Shown here: piece by piece, positions 41,521 through 50,080 of the stretch
Position numbering within the stretch: position 1 is the stretch's first letter
Layout of the letters: each line of letters opens with the position of its first letter
NCBI GenBank assembly: GCA_963664225.1
Contig: OY760937.1
Span: forward strand, 928,001-992,000
From: Verrucomicrobiia bacterium
GTDB taxonomy: Bacteria; Verrucomicrobiota; Verrucomicrobiia; Limisphaerales; UBA1319
DNA: 64,000 nucleotides
Direction: 5' to 3'
Program-made: the position numbers and the translations under genes
Notes under the pieces: model-generated
Told to the model about the DNA's origin: nothing
What the model saw: only the letters and a program-made list of their open reading frames with translations
The model's database searches: none

Positions 41521-41678
41521 GGCATCGGAGCGCTGTCGTCAGTCAACCTGATACAGGAAGCCTCGCGGGCAATAGTTCTCTCAGACTTTTTGACAGGCGC
41601 CGTCGGACGGGCCGGTAAACTCTCCTCAGTCTTCTTAAGACAAGGGGTGTATGACCGTGATCCATCCGGGGCGATGCC
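41521..41678 (-). ncRNA. IS110 bridge RNA (core region, ends approximate)
   Basis: Closing stem GGCATCG/CGATGCC; target loop CACCCCT + hairpin GTCTT-AAG-AAGAC + TGAGG; donor loop AGAGAAC + hairpin GCC..GGC + GTATCAG, matching the actual target and donor junctions. Confidence 0.8.
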
Positions 41679-41687
41679 GCCAGAAGC

Positions 41688-41716
41688 ATTATACTCCGGC
41701 GACAAAAGTTTTTCAC
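41688..41716 (-). promoter_or_regulatory. Candidate internal sigma70 promoter for the bridge RNA/transposase
   Basis: GTGAAA-N17-TATAAT; the perfect -10 (41693-41688) lies just upstream of the bridge RNA closing stem. Confidence 0.5.
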
Positions 41717-42519
41717 CGCTCGATTTTTTGGCGGCGGCACAGTTATTCACCGTTAGCTGCGGGGAGCTTCCCGGGGCTCTCCTCGCCAACGGATGATTAC
41801 CTGTGGAAACCGTATCAGGGGTGATGTCCTCGAATATCCGCAAAATCAAATTTGCCGAATTTTGGTCCGGCATCCAATGTGTAATCTGAAAGACTTTGTT
41901 GTTACAGAGATCGACCGTTTCCAAGATTCCAGAAAACTTCCGCCCCGTCTGTTTTTTAAATGGGCAATTGGGGCATTTAAGTTTGTCGTCCTTATATGTT
42001 TTCCAGCAGGGGCTGCCGGTTTTTGTATTCGGGAAGAGTTTTTCCAGCGCTTTGTTTCTGAAGACGACACGACCCTTCAAATCGATCAGATCGATGCCAA
42101 TCGGAAAAGCATTGAGCAAGTCGCCATTGAACATCAGGTCTGAAAATTGAGACGACTCCTTTCCTATGTGATCCTGAGCGCCATTGGATTTGCGCGGGTT
42201 TCGTGATTTTGGGTCTCGCTTCATTCCTCTCAAGAAAACAGGCCGTTCTGGCTGGTTTGAGGCAAAAATGCCCACACATGAGACAGCGATCAAGGAGAAT
42301 GTTTTCCGATTCAGTGGGAATTGCGGTTGGTGCAATTTGGGTTCGGATGCATGGAATTCGCGTGAATGATTCTGGTGGCGCGTCATTTGGATTGCCACTA
42401 AAGTGGTCCTGCGATGCGGTCGGTCCGGCGTAAATCGGGCGAAATATGGTTCGACCGATGGTGGAGTAAACTGAGAAGGCATGGAAGACCGCCTTTTTTA
42501 TTATAGCGATAGAGATGAT

Positions 42520-43407
42520 ATGAGCTTATACGCGCATCCCGGGGTTTTGGTGGAAACACAATGGGTCAAGGACCACCTGAATCAGCGTGGGCTGAAAGTT
42601 ATTGAAGTTGGACTTAACACACACGCGCATGAGGCGGGCCATATCCCGGGTTCGATTCCCATGAATTGGCATGCGGACCTTCAGGATCCCGTTCGAAGGG
42701 ATTTTATCGGGCGCGACGGTTTTGCACGCCTTGCCGCCGGGGTGGGGATCAGCCCATCGGACACGGTGGTGTTCTATGGCGATCAAAGCAATTGGTTTGC
42801 GGCTTATGGTTTTTGGCTCTTCAAATACTTCGGACATCGGGATGTGCGCCTGATGAATGGAGGCCGGTTGAAATGGTTTAATGAGGAGGATCGCCCGATC
42901 GTGGTGAACGACACCCTGGTGAAGGCCGGTGAATATGAAGTGGCTGACGTGGACGTGTCCATTCAAGCAAATATCAACGATGTTCTGGAGGCCTGCGAAT
43001 CGGGAAATCACAATATCATCGATGCGCGTGTGGCCGACGAATTTTCGGGGAAAATGATCGCCCCGCCCGGATTGAATGAAACCGCAATGCGCGGCGGGCA
43101 TATTCCAGGAGCGATTAATATTACGTGGAACGCGATGGTTCAGCAGGACGGCACCTTCAAATCCGCTCAGGAATTGCGCGCGCTGATGTTCGAGCAAAAA
43201 GGCTTGGACCCTCACAAGCCGACAATCACTTATTGCCGGATTGGCGAACGCTCCTGCCTGACATGGTTTGTGTTGAAGTATTTGCTGGGCGTTAAAAAGG
43301 TGGCCAACTATTACGGGGGATGGGTCGAGTATGGGAATATGATCGGCCTGCCGATCGAATTGCCCGCCAGCGCGTCCAAGACGGAAGAAATACCTGTGAT
43401 GCTCTAA
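42520..43407 (+). CDS. Two-domain sulfurtransferase (rhodanese, SseA/CysA-like)
   Basis: GHIPG twice, LMNGGR.KW, active site YCRIGERS, Y.GGW.EYGN. Confidence 0.92.
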   Translation: MSLYAHPGVLVETQWVKDHLNQRGLKVIEVGLNTHAHEAGHIPGSIPMNWHADLQDPVRRDFIGRDGFARLAAGVGISPSDTVVFYGDQSNWFAAYGFWLFKYFGHRDVRLMNGGRLKWFNEEDRPIVVNDTLVKAGEYEVADVDVSIQANINDVLEACESGNHNIIDARVADEFSGKMIAPPGLNETAMRGGHIPGAINITWNAMVQQDGTFKSAQELRALMFEQKGLDPHKPTITYCRIGERSCLTWFVLKYLLGVKKVANYYGGWVEYGNMIGLPIELPASASKTEEIPVML

Positions 43408-43432
43408 AAGTCACAAGTTTTCGATATCGCGA

Positions 43433-44266
43433 CTACCGGCCAAAGGCCATTTTCAGGCAGGCCAGGCTTTTAGTGGCAATGGCTTCCGGTCCTTCGTCGA
43501 AATTGAATACTTCCACGGAGACAAAACCCTTGTAACCCACGGTGGCGAGGGTGCCAGCGATGGGTTTGAAGTCCACTTGCCCGAATCCCGGGCCTTTCAG
43601 ATTGGGATCGTTGGCGTGGAAGTAGCCCACATGATCGGCGGATTCCTCAATGATTTGTGTGATGGCTTTGGCTTCGGAGCTCATCGCCTTGACGTCCAAA
43701 ATGATTTTGAAATTGGGGCTATTGAGTTGTTTTATGAATCGCACCGCTTCGGCGGCGGTGTTGATGAAATTGGTCTCCACCGGCGATAATGGTTCCAAAC
43801 AAATGGTCACCCCGCGCTTTTCGGCCCGCGCCACCGGTTCGCGAAAGGTATCCAGCGCCCATTGCCAGGCCTGCTCGTAGGAGACTCCGTCCATGACATT
43901 GCGCTGCTTGGGCGATCCCACCACCATGAAGCGCCCCCCGATGTCGGCGCAGAAATCAACCAACTCACAAAAATAATCACGGGTCCGTTCGCGTATGGAG
44001 TGATCCGGATGGTTGATGTAGAGACCGGCTGGTTTGACGAGCACCCAGTGAATGCCGGAGATTTGAATGCCCGCCTGAGCCGCATTTTCGCGAATGGCCT
44101 TGCGCTGGAGCGCCGAAATGTCGGTGACGGTTTCCGCCAGGGTAAACGGAGAGATTTCAACCGCGTCGTAGCCCGTGACCGCCGCAAAACGAAAGGTCTT
44201 GTCGAGGCTCCAACCCTGAAAGATCTCGTTGCAGATCGCAAATTGAATGGGGTGTTGTTCGCGCAT
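43433..44266 (-). CDS. Sugar phosphate isomerase/epimerase (TIM barrel, ketose 3-epimerase-like)
   Basis: CLEPL...ETNFINT, LDVK, HAND, PG.G..DF, SVEVF motifs. Confidence 0.85.
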   Translation of the reverse strand: MREQHPIQFAICNEIFQGWSLDKTFRFAAVTGYDAVEISPFTLAETVTDISALQRKAIRENAAQAGIQISGIHWVLVKPAGLYINHPDHSIRERTRDYFCELVDFCADIGGRFMVVGSPKQRNVMDGVSYEQAWQWALDTFREPVARAEKRGVTICLEPLSPVETNFINTAAEAVRFIKQLNSPNFKIILDVKAMSSEAKAITQIIEESADHVGYFHANDPNLKGPGFGQVDFKPIAGTLATVGYKGFVSVEVFNFDEGPEAIATKSLACLKMAFGR

Positions 44267-44352
44267 GGACGTGAAGATGGCAAAAGAAACCCTTCAGGGC
44301 AAGATCAGCGCTTGACCCGGAGGCAGGGCCAGCGTCAGATTTTGCTGTGCAA

Positions 44353-45453
44353 ATGACCTCTCAAGAACAAGCAGCCAACGCCCGGCCTTGCCGGGCGGAT
44401 GAGGCGTTCACGCCATTGGTCAGCGTCATCATTCTCAATTACAATGGAAGCAAGTGGCTGGAGCGGTGTCTGGAAACGTTGAAAGCGCAGACCATTTTTT
44501 CCCAATTGGAGGTCATCCTGGCGGACAACCTCTCCACGGATGGCTCGGATGTTTTGGCGGCGCGCCTGATCGAGGGTTGGACCAATGGCCGTTTTGTTCA
44601 AAACGGGGCGAACCTGGGTTTTTGCGAAGGGAATAACCGTCCTGCGTCGCAGGCCCGGGGTGAGTTCTTATTTTTCCTGAATAACGACACATGGCTCGAG
44701 CCGGGCTGCATGGAGATGCTGGTTCGGGAGGTGCGCGCGCATGGGGCCCATGGCGGAGGGCCGTTGGTCCTGAATTACGCGGATGACTCCTTCCAATCGC
44801 TCGGCGCGGATGGTTTTGATGTTTTTGGGCTGCCATCGCCCCGGCGATCATGGTCAGGTGTTCAACCGGTGTTAATGCCGGAGGGCTGCGCCTTTCTGAT
44901 CGAGCGACGGGTATTTGTCGAGATTGGCGGATTCAACGCGGATTTTTTCATGTACGCGGATGAATACGATCTGGCTTTTCGCGCATGGATTGCCGGTTAC
45001 CGTCTGGTGGCGGTACCATCCGCGCGTCTGCATCACAGGGGCGCGGCGAATGTGAATCCCAAGGGGGCTGGCGCGGTCGAGGAGTTCCGCACGAGCGCCC
45101 AGGTGCGTTTCTTTAGCAACCGTAACTGTCTGTTGCTATGGCTGCAGAATGCCCAGCACCTGTTCCTGGTGGTGGCTTTTTTGCAGGTGTCGATGCTCTT
45201 TTTGGAATCCCTGATAGCGCTGGTCCTGATTCGTGACATGACCTTTGTGAGGAAAGGCTATTTTGGCGCGATTGCGGATTGCTGGCGGCTGCGGCGACAC
45301 ATCAAGACAACCCGCCACCGGGTGGCCAGATACCGCCGACGCGGCGACGGGTGGATGCTGCGTTTCCTGGGCTGGCGGTTAAGCCGCTGGCAACAATTTC
45401 AAATGATGCGCGCCATGGGAATCCCCAAGGTGAATACCAATCCAAAAAAGTAA
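44353..45453 (+). CDS. GT2 glycosyltransferase
   Basis: VSVIILNYNG, DNLSTDGS, NLGFCEGNN, FLNNDT, FFMYADE.DL motifs. Confidence 0.9.
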   Translation: MTSQEQAANARPCRADEAFTPLVSVIILNYNGSKWLERCLETLKAQTIFSQLEVILADNLSTDGSDVLAARLIEGWTNGRFVQNGANLGFCEGNNRPASQARGEFLFFLNNDTWLEPGCMEMLVREVRAHGAHGGGPLVLNYADDSFQSLGADGFDVFGLPSPRRSWSGVQPVLMPEGCAFLIERRVFVEIGGFNADFFMYADEYDLAFRAWIAGYRLVAVPSARLHHRGAANVNPKGAGAVEEFRTSAQVRFFSNRNCLLLWLQNAQHLFLVVAFLQVSMLFLESLIALVLIRDMTFVRKGYFGAIADCWRLRRHIKTTRHRVARYRRRGDGWMLRFLGWRLSRWQQFQMMRAMGIPKVNTNPKK

Positions 45454-45529
45454 CCCCGCTCGATGGATCGGGGGCTGCTGTAACAAAACAGACAGCCCCC
45501 AAGTCGCAGGCGCGCGTTTGAATCAGGAT

Positions 45530-46915
45530 CTATTTCAAACGATACGGCTCGCGCAGCGAGCGCATTTTCAAACGGCTATCAGCTTCGCCATCTTTGACGA
45601 ATTTTTCCCTGACGGGATTCCAGGTCAGTTTGCGTTCCAAACGCGTGGCGATATCGCTGAGATGGCAGAGCGTGTCCGCCTGAACGGCTTCTTCGATGGG
45701 GCAGATCGCGGGTTTGCGACTGAGTACGCTTTCGAGGAAGTTTTTCGCGTGATTGGAGCTTTCGATCAGGTGCAAATCACTGGCCTTGGGTTTCTCCTCC
45801 ACCAGTCCCTCCGGCGATGTGATGATGGTGGTGCGATCCACCAGTACCCATCCGTCCGTACCCTCAAATGCGGTGCCGTGATCGACGATTTTGCCGTATT
45901 TTTTCTGCCATTCGCCCAGATCGTTCATGGGAAGGATTTTGTCATAACCATTGCGGGTGCCGCGGTAGGTCATGCGTACACCGTCGGGGAATTGAAAGTT
46001 AACATCCCAGGCCACGGACGTGTTGCAGGCGCCAGTTGTGGGAATGATGGCCTTGCCTTCCACATCGAAGGGGGCCTTCATCATTTCTGGGCAACCCCAA
46101 AGGGCGATGTCCAGCGGATGCACACCCCAGCCCGCGATGAATCCCAGCGCATAATCGTAATTAAACCACCAGGTTTTATAAGATTGGGCCGGTGGGCTAT
46201 CGACGCATTTGCCTTCTGTGTGCGGCGTTTTGGGCGCCGGACCGAGCCATTTTTCGTAATCAATTCCTTCGGGAACTGGTGCTTCCTTGGTCGAGCCTCC
46301 CGGAGTACTGGCCGAGCACCAGACATTGATCTGTTTCAGTTTTCCGATCCGCCCGTTGCGGACCAATTCGCAGGCCTTCCGAAATTGTTCACTGGAACGC
46401 TGCTGTGTGCCAAATTGAAAAATAAGCTCATTCTTCTGCATGAGTTTGCGCAATATCTGGTCTTCCTGGACAGACAGGCCCATCGGCTTCTCAAGGTAAA
46501 TATCCTTGTTCGCGCGGGCTGCCGCCACGGATACGGGCACATGCCATTGATCGGTGGTTGCGATGAGCACGGCATCGATGTCCTTGCGCGCGAGCAACGC
46601 CTCGTAGTCGTGATAAGTGGCGCAATCCTGGTTTTTATACTGGTCGTTGACCTGTTTGCGGGCGATTTCGAGGTGGTTTTTGTTGACGTCACACACCGCC
46701 ACCACCTGTGCCAGGGGCAGATTCAGGAAGTTGGCCATGTCGCCGCGACCTTGCGGGCCGTTGCCGATGCAGCCTACCACCACGCGATTGCTGGGGGCCA
46801 CTTTGCCCTCCTTGCCAAAGATCGTCGCGGGCAGGATTGTTGGAAATGTGGAAGCCGCCAGGGCCATCGCCAGGTGTCCCTTCAAGAAATGGCGGCGGGT
46901 TATTTTTGTGTTCAT
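45530..46915 (-). CDS. Tat-exported Gfo/Idh/MocA oxidoreductase
   Basis: TRRHFLK Tat signal, IGNGPQG, IYLEKP, GTQQRS, WLGPAP, WGVH.LD. Confidence 0.9.
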   Translation of the reverse strand: MNTKITRRHFLKGHLAMALAASTFPTILPATIFGKEGKVAPSNRVVVGCIGNGPQGRGDMANFLNLPLAQVVAVCDVNKNHLEIARKQVNDQYKNQDCATYHDYEALLARKDIDAVLIATTDQWHVPVSVAAARANKDIYLEKPMGLSVQEDQILRKLMQKNELIFQFGTQQRSSEQFRKACELVRNGRIGKLKQINVWCSASTPGGSTKEAPVPEGIDYEKWLGPAPKTPHTEGKCVDSPPAQSYKTWWFNYDYALGFIAGWGVHPLDIALWGCPEMMKAPFDVEGKAIIPTTGACNTSVAWDVNFQFPDGVRMTYRGTRNGYDKILPMNDLGEWQKKYGKIVDHGTAFEGTDGWVLVDRTTIITSPEGLVEEKPKASDLHLIESSNHAKNFLESVLSRKPAICPIEEAVQADTLCHLSDIATRLERKLTWNPVREKFVKDGEADSRLKMRSLREPYRLK

Positions 46916-47184
46916 AGGATGTGGGTTGTTCAGGAGAAATAATAGGCAATATTGGCTTCAAAACCAGCCTTTTTTCTGTGCGAAGCGGGCCTTCTTTGGC
47001 ACCTACCTAAACACACTGAATGCCCAAGTCCATTTCCCCAGGAGTCCGGTCGATAATGACCAGAGGCTCATCAGGAGCACAGGCATCACGATCCGTTTGC
47101 TTCAGAAGAATGCCAAAATAAACCCGCTGATGAACGCTCGTGAAACTACAGAATCCCCCAATTGGCCAGGACCATTTCAGTTTT

Positions 47185-47964
47185 TCAACCGATTTTCAGG
47201 CGCTTGAGCAATTCCACGGATAGGACTTCGTAAGCCGCGGACCCGGCGCTGTATTTGTCGTAGTGGATGATCGGCTTGCCGAAGCTAGGCGCTTCGGCCA
47301 GACGCGTGGCGCGCGGGATGACGGTGTCGAATACCAACTCCTTGAAATGCTGGCGAACCTCGCCCACCACCTGCTGGGACAATTTGGTGCGCGCATCGAA
47401 CATGGTCATGACCACGCCCAGGAGTTCCAGCCGCGTGTTCGCGCCCGAATCGCGGAGCTGGCCCAAAAGTCGGGTGATCATCGAGATGCCCTCCAGGGCG
47501 TAATACTCGCATTGCAGCGGAACCAGTAGCCAATCCGCCGAGGCAAACGCGTTCAGCGTGAGAATGCCTAGGGAAGGGGGGCAATCGATCAGGATGAGAT
47601 CGAACTGGCCGCTGTCGCGCACTGGTTGCATGGCCAGATTGAGCCGCTGAAGGTGGTTGTCCATGCGGGACAATTCAATATCCGCGCCACAGAGATCCAC
47701 TTCGCTGGGAATCACATGGAGCCGCTCGAATGCGGTGGGTTTGATTTTGTCCATGAGCGCGCCTTCGCCCAGCAGCACCTGATACACGCTGGCGCCTTCC
47801 ACTTTTTCCACTCCCACGCCGCTGGTGGCGTTGGCTTGTGGATCGACATCCAGGAGCAAAACACGCTGCCCCGCCGCAGCCAGGCATGCGGACAAATTAA
47901 CGGAGGTCGTGGTCTTTCCGACCCCGCCCTTCTGGTTTGCGATTGCGATTACATTCGTTGGCAC
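47185..47964 (-). CDS. parA: ParA/Soj family ATPase
   Basis: NQKGGVGKTT, DPQANAT, IDCPPSLG, QCEYYALEG, LAEAPSFG; likely GTG start at 47964. Confidence 0.93.
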   Translation of the reverse strand: MPTNVIAIANQKGGVGKTTTSVNLSACLAAAGQRVLLLDVDPQANATSGVGVEKVEGASVYQVLLGEGALMDKIKPTAFERLHVIPSEVDLCGADIELSRMDNHLQRLNLAMQPVRDSGQFDLILIDCPPSLGILTLNAFASADWLLVPLQCEYYALEGISMITRLLGQLRDSGANTRLELLGVVMTMFDARTKLSQQVVGEVRQHFKELVFDTVIPRATRLAEAPSFGKPIIHYDKYSAGSAAYEVLSVELLKRLKIG

Positions 47965-48032
47965 AGGCCGACATTTAAGAAGATACTTCCCTGAGTGAAC
48001 AGCAAAAACGCGCTGGCTCAAATCGGCGGGAC

Positions 48033-48203
48033 GTAAGACAAGATTCTTCAGCGCCATGAGAACGCCAATAAAAGCGGATGGAAATATAGTCGTAACGATG
48101 ATACCAGGAATTTAACGAAAGTTGTTGCCGAAAACCGGACGTCGCACGAGGGCGCGTGGTATACAACATATTCAGGCGCATCACCTTGTAGGCCCGGTGC
48201 CCT
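48033..48203. repeat. ~170 bp dispersed non-coding element, copy 1
   Basis: Colinear with 57950-58121, sharing exact blocks such as TAAAAGCGGATGGAAATATA, TACCAGGAATTTAACGA and ATACAACATATTCAGGCGCATCA. Confidence 0.9.
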
Positions 48204-48211
48204 CACCGGGC
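48188..48211 (+). repeat. GTAG-type REP-like palindrome
   Basis: GTAG followed by GCCCGGTG-CCCT-CACCGGGC, a perfect 8 bp hairpin. Confidence 0.7.
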
Positions 48212-48362
48212 GTCTTCCGTGTTTTCGTCCTTTCTTGCATTTGCCGCCTACCTGAATTTTGTCCTGCCCCAAAATCGCCGGCTTGCATCACTGTCCCGGT
48301 TCGTTCAATCGCCTTTAGGTCATGGACAGTATTTGTCCAAGGGTGCGCGTCATAATGCGCGC

Positions 48363-48581
48363 ATGATGTTGCTTTTTAACAGGCCTGGTGTCGGCAGGCA
48401 AAAGTTGATCGCGTGCTTTGGCAAGGCCCGGCTTATTGAGGAAGCTGATGGAAGTTATACCCTGCGTGGAGGCACGGCCAACGACCAGGTGATGGCCAAC
48501 GAATGGATTTCGCTGTTCCTGCACGAAGCGGTGCCGCGCTGCGAATCAAGATCCAAGGCCGTGTCGGGCTGCTTGCGATGA
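48363..48581 (+). CDS. Small hypothetical protein (~72 aa)
   Basis: FGKARLI...DG.Y.LRGG...EWISLFLHEAVP resembles small proteins I recall from Verrucomicrobiota (unverified); fills the gap before the convergent ADH. Confidence 0.5.
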   Translation: MMLLFNRPGVGRQKLIACFGKARLIEEADGSYTLRGGTANDQVMANEWISLFLHEAVPRCESRSKAVSGCLR

Positions 48582-48596
48582 TGCGCCGAAGGACGG

Positions 48597-49757
48597 TTAC
48601 AATGCGCGTCTGAGTATTTCCACGACCTCCGCGGTGGTCAGCAGAATCGGATTGGCCTTCATGCTGCTGGCGGCGCTTGCTTTGGAAGCCAGTTTTTCAA
48701 AGTGGCTGGCGGTTACGCCGTAATGAGAAAGGGTTGGAATGGAGAGTTCCCGGGCCGTTTCCGCAGTCCAGGCAACGGCATCGGCCGCTGTGGCACGGGG
48801 ATTTTGGGTCAGAATTTGCGCGATTTCCTCGAAACGATGCGCTGCCGGGTGATTGGGGGCGCGCGCCGAAATGGCGCTGAGATTCACCGCCATGACCTGC
48901 GGCAGAAGCGCGGCGCACAGCGCTCCATGGGGAGCATCAAACATCCCCCCCAGGGGTCCCGCCAGACCATGAACCGCGCCCAGTCCGGCATTGGCAAGGG
49001 CCAGTCCACTCAAGACGGCGGCCAGCGACATGTCCTCGCGCGCCGCAAGGTCGCTGCCATTCTTAAAGGCGGTTTTAAGGGATCGTGCCGCATGCCCAAG
49101 TCCCTCACGACAGAAGCTGTCGGTGATCGGATTGGACCGTGAACAAACGTAAGCCTCCAATAACTGCGTCAGCGCATCCATTCCCGTGCAGGCCGTCAGA
49201 AGCGGCGGCATGTCCAGGGTCAACTGCGGATCGATCAAGGCCACGCGCGGCAACATGGAGACGTGCCGGATGCTTGCCTTGACGCGGTGTTCGGGCGAGG
49301 CGATGACGGCGTTGCGCGTGACTTCCGAGCCAGTGCCAGCCGTGGTGGGAATGGCAATGCAGGGCAGGGCGGGCTTTTGCAGAGGCTGTCCTCGACCCAC
49401 CACTTCCAGATAGTCAAAGAGGTTGCCGTCGTTGGCTGCGATGGCTGCAATGGCTTTGGCCGTGTCAATGGAGGAACCGCCTCCAACCCCTATGATCAGG
49501 TCAACACCCTCGGATTTTGCGCGAGCGGCTCCCTTTGCGATGTTCTGGGTATCGGGTTCGCCGGAAACGGAAAACACGGAACTGGACAGGCCCGCTTCGG
49601 TCAACTGCGCCAATATGGAATCCGCATGGCGTGCTTTGCGCCCGGTGACAATGAGGGCGCGGCGTCCAAGATTATTGGCCGCCGGACCCAATTCCTGGAT
49701 GGCTCCGGCCCCAAAAATAATGCGGCCTGCAGAGGCGAATTCGAACCGTGCGGTCAT
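48597..49757 (-). CDS. Iron-containing alcohol dehydrogenase
   Basis: GGGSSIDTAKA, IPTTAGTGSEVT, GMDAL, GAVHG, PHG motifs; TAATG overlap with the upstream gene. Confidence 0.92.
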   Translation of the reverse strand: MTARFEFASAGRIIFGAGAIQELGPAANNLGRRALIVTGRKARHADSILAQLTEAGLSSSVFSVSGEPDTQNIAKGAARAKSEGVDLIIGVGGGSSIDTAKAIAAIAANDGNLFDYLEVVGRGQPLQKPALPCIAIPTTAGTGSEVTRNAVIASPEHRVKASIRHVSMLPRVALIDPQLTLDMPPLLTACTGMDALTQLLEAYVCSRSNPITDSFCREGLGHAARSLKTAFKNGSDLAAREDMSLAAVLSGLALANAGLGAVHGLAGPLGGMFDAPHGALCAALLPQVMAVNLSAISARAPNHPAAHRFEEIAQILTQNPRATAADAVAWTAETARELSIPTLSHYGVTASHFEKLASKASAASSMKANPILLTTAEVVEILRRAL

Positions 49758-50050
49758 TAATCTGGATTCATCCACGCGAATTTCTGGCTGGTGCGCGGAA
49801 TTGCCATCATTGTTTCCACCGTATCGCGCCATATTTTGTAATGCGCGGTTTCCTTGTGGCGGGCGGGATCCTCTGTTGTGCGATAGGCCTCGACCAGCGT
49901 GAACCGGGCCGGATCGTCGGCGCGCTGAAGAACATCAAACCGCGCGACACCGGGTTCCTTTCGGCTGGCGCGCGCATTTTCCATGCTGGCAGTTTGGAAT
50001 GCTTCAATGCACTCCGGTTTGACCTGAATATCCACCAATACCGTTAACAT
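49757..50050 (-). CDS. ABM-domain protein (LsrG / putative quinol monooxygenase-like)
   Basis: VKPE, EPG..RFDV, F.LVEAY, HKETAHY..W motifs. Confidence 0.85.
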   Translation of the reverse strand: MLTVLVDIQVKPECIEAFQTASMENARASRKEPGVARFDVLQRADDPARFTLVEAYRTTEDPARHKETAHYKIWRDTVETMMAIPRTSQKFAWMNPD

Positions 50051-50080
50051 GGGCGTATCCTTTCCTGTTCGCATCACACT

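Larger units (their letters stand above)
40203..41818 (-). mobile_element. Complete IS110-group insertion sequence bounded by a duplicated CT core
   Basis: Core AG on the + strand at 40203-40204 and 41817-41818; 312 bp non-coding end upstream of the transposase, 49 bp downstream; no terminal inverted repeats; excision restores the host frame. Confidence 0.9.
38670..42224 (-). pseudogene. Triple-PAS sensor histidine kinase interrupted by IS110
   Basis: N-terminal PAS (42224-41819; RBS GAGGA) and C-terminal PAS-PAS-HisKA-HATPase (LAHDFNN, NARDAM, FEPFFTTK, GLGL). Removing 40205-41818 gives a 647-codon frame reading EDITPHPQAQEALRES. Confidence 0.88.

Noticed and set aside
40254..42482. 742 aa ORF as a single genuine gene
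   Set aside because: Chimera of upstream sequence, the kinase N-terminus, the IS non-coding end and the transposase, which has its own RBS and ATG at 41504.
48160..48177. NrdR-box-like ATACAACATATTCAGG inside the repeat
   Set aside because: Partial single match with no ribonucleotide reductase gene nearby.
47185..48400. Origin or parABS locus
   Set aside because: No parB, no parS palindrome and no DnaA-box cluster seen near parA.
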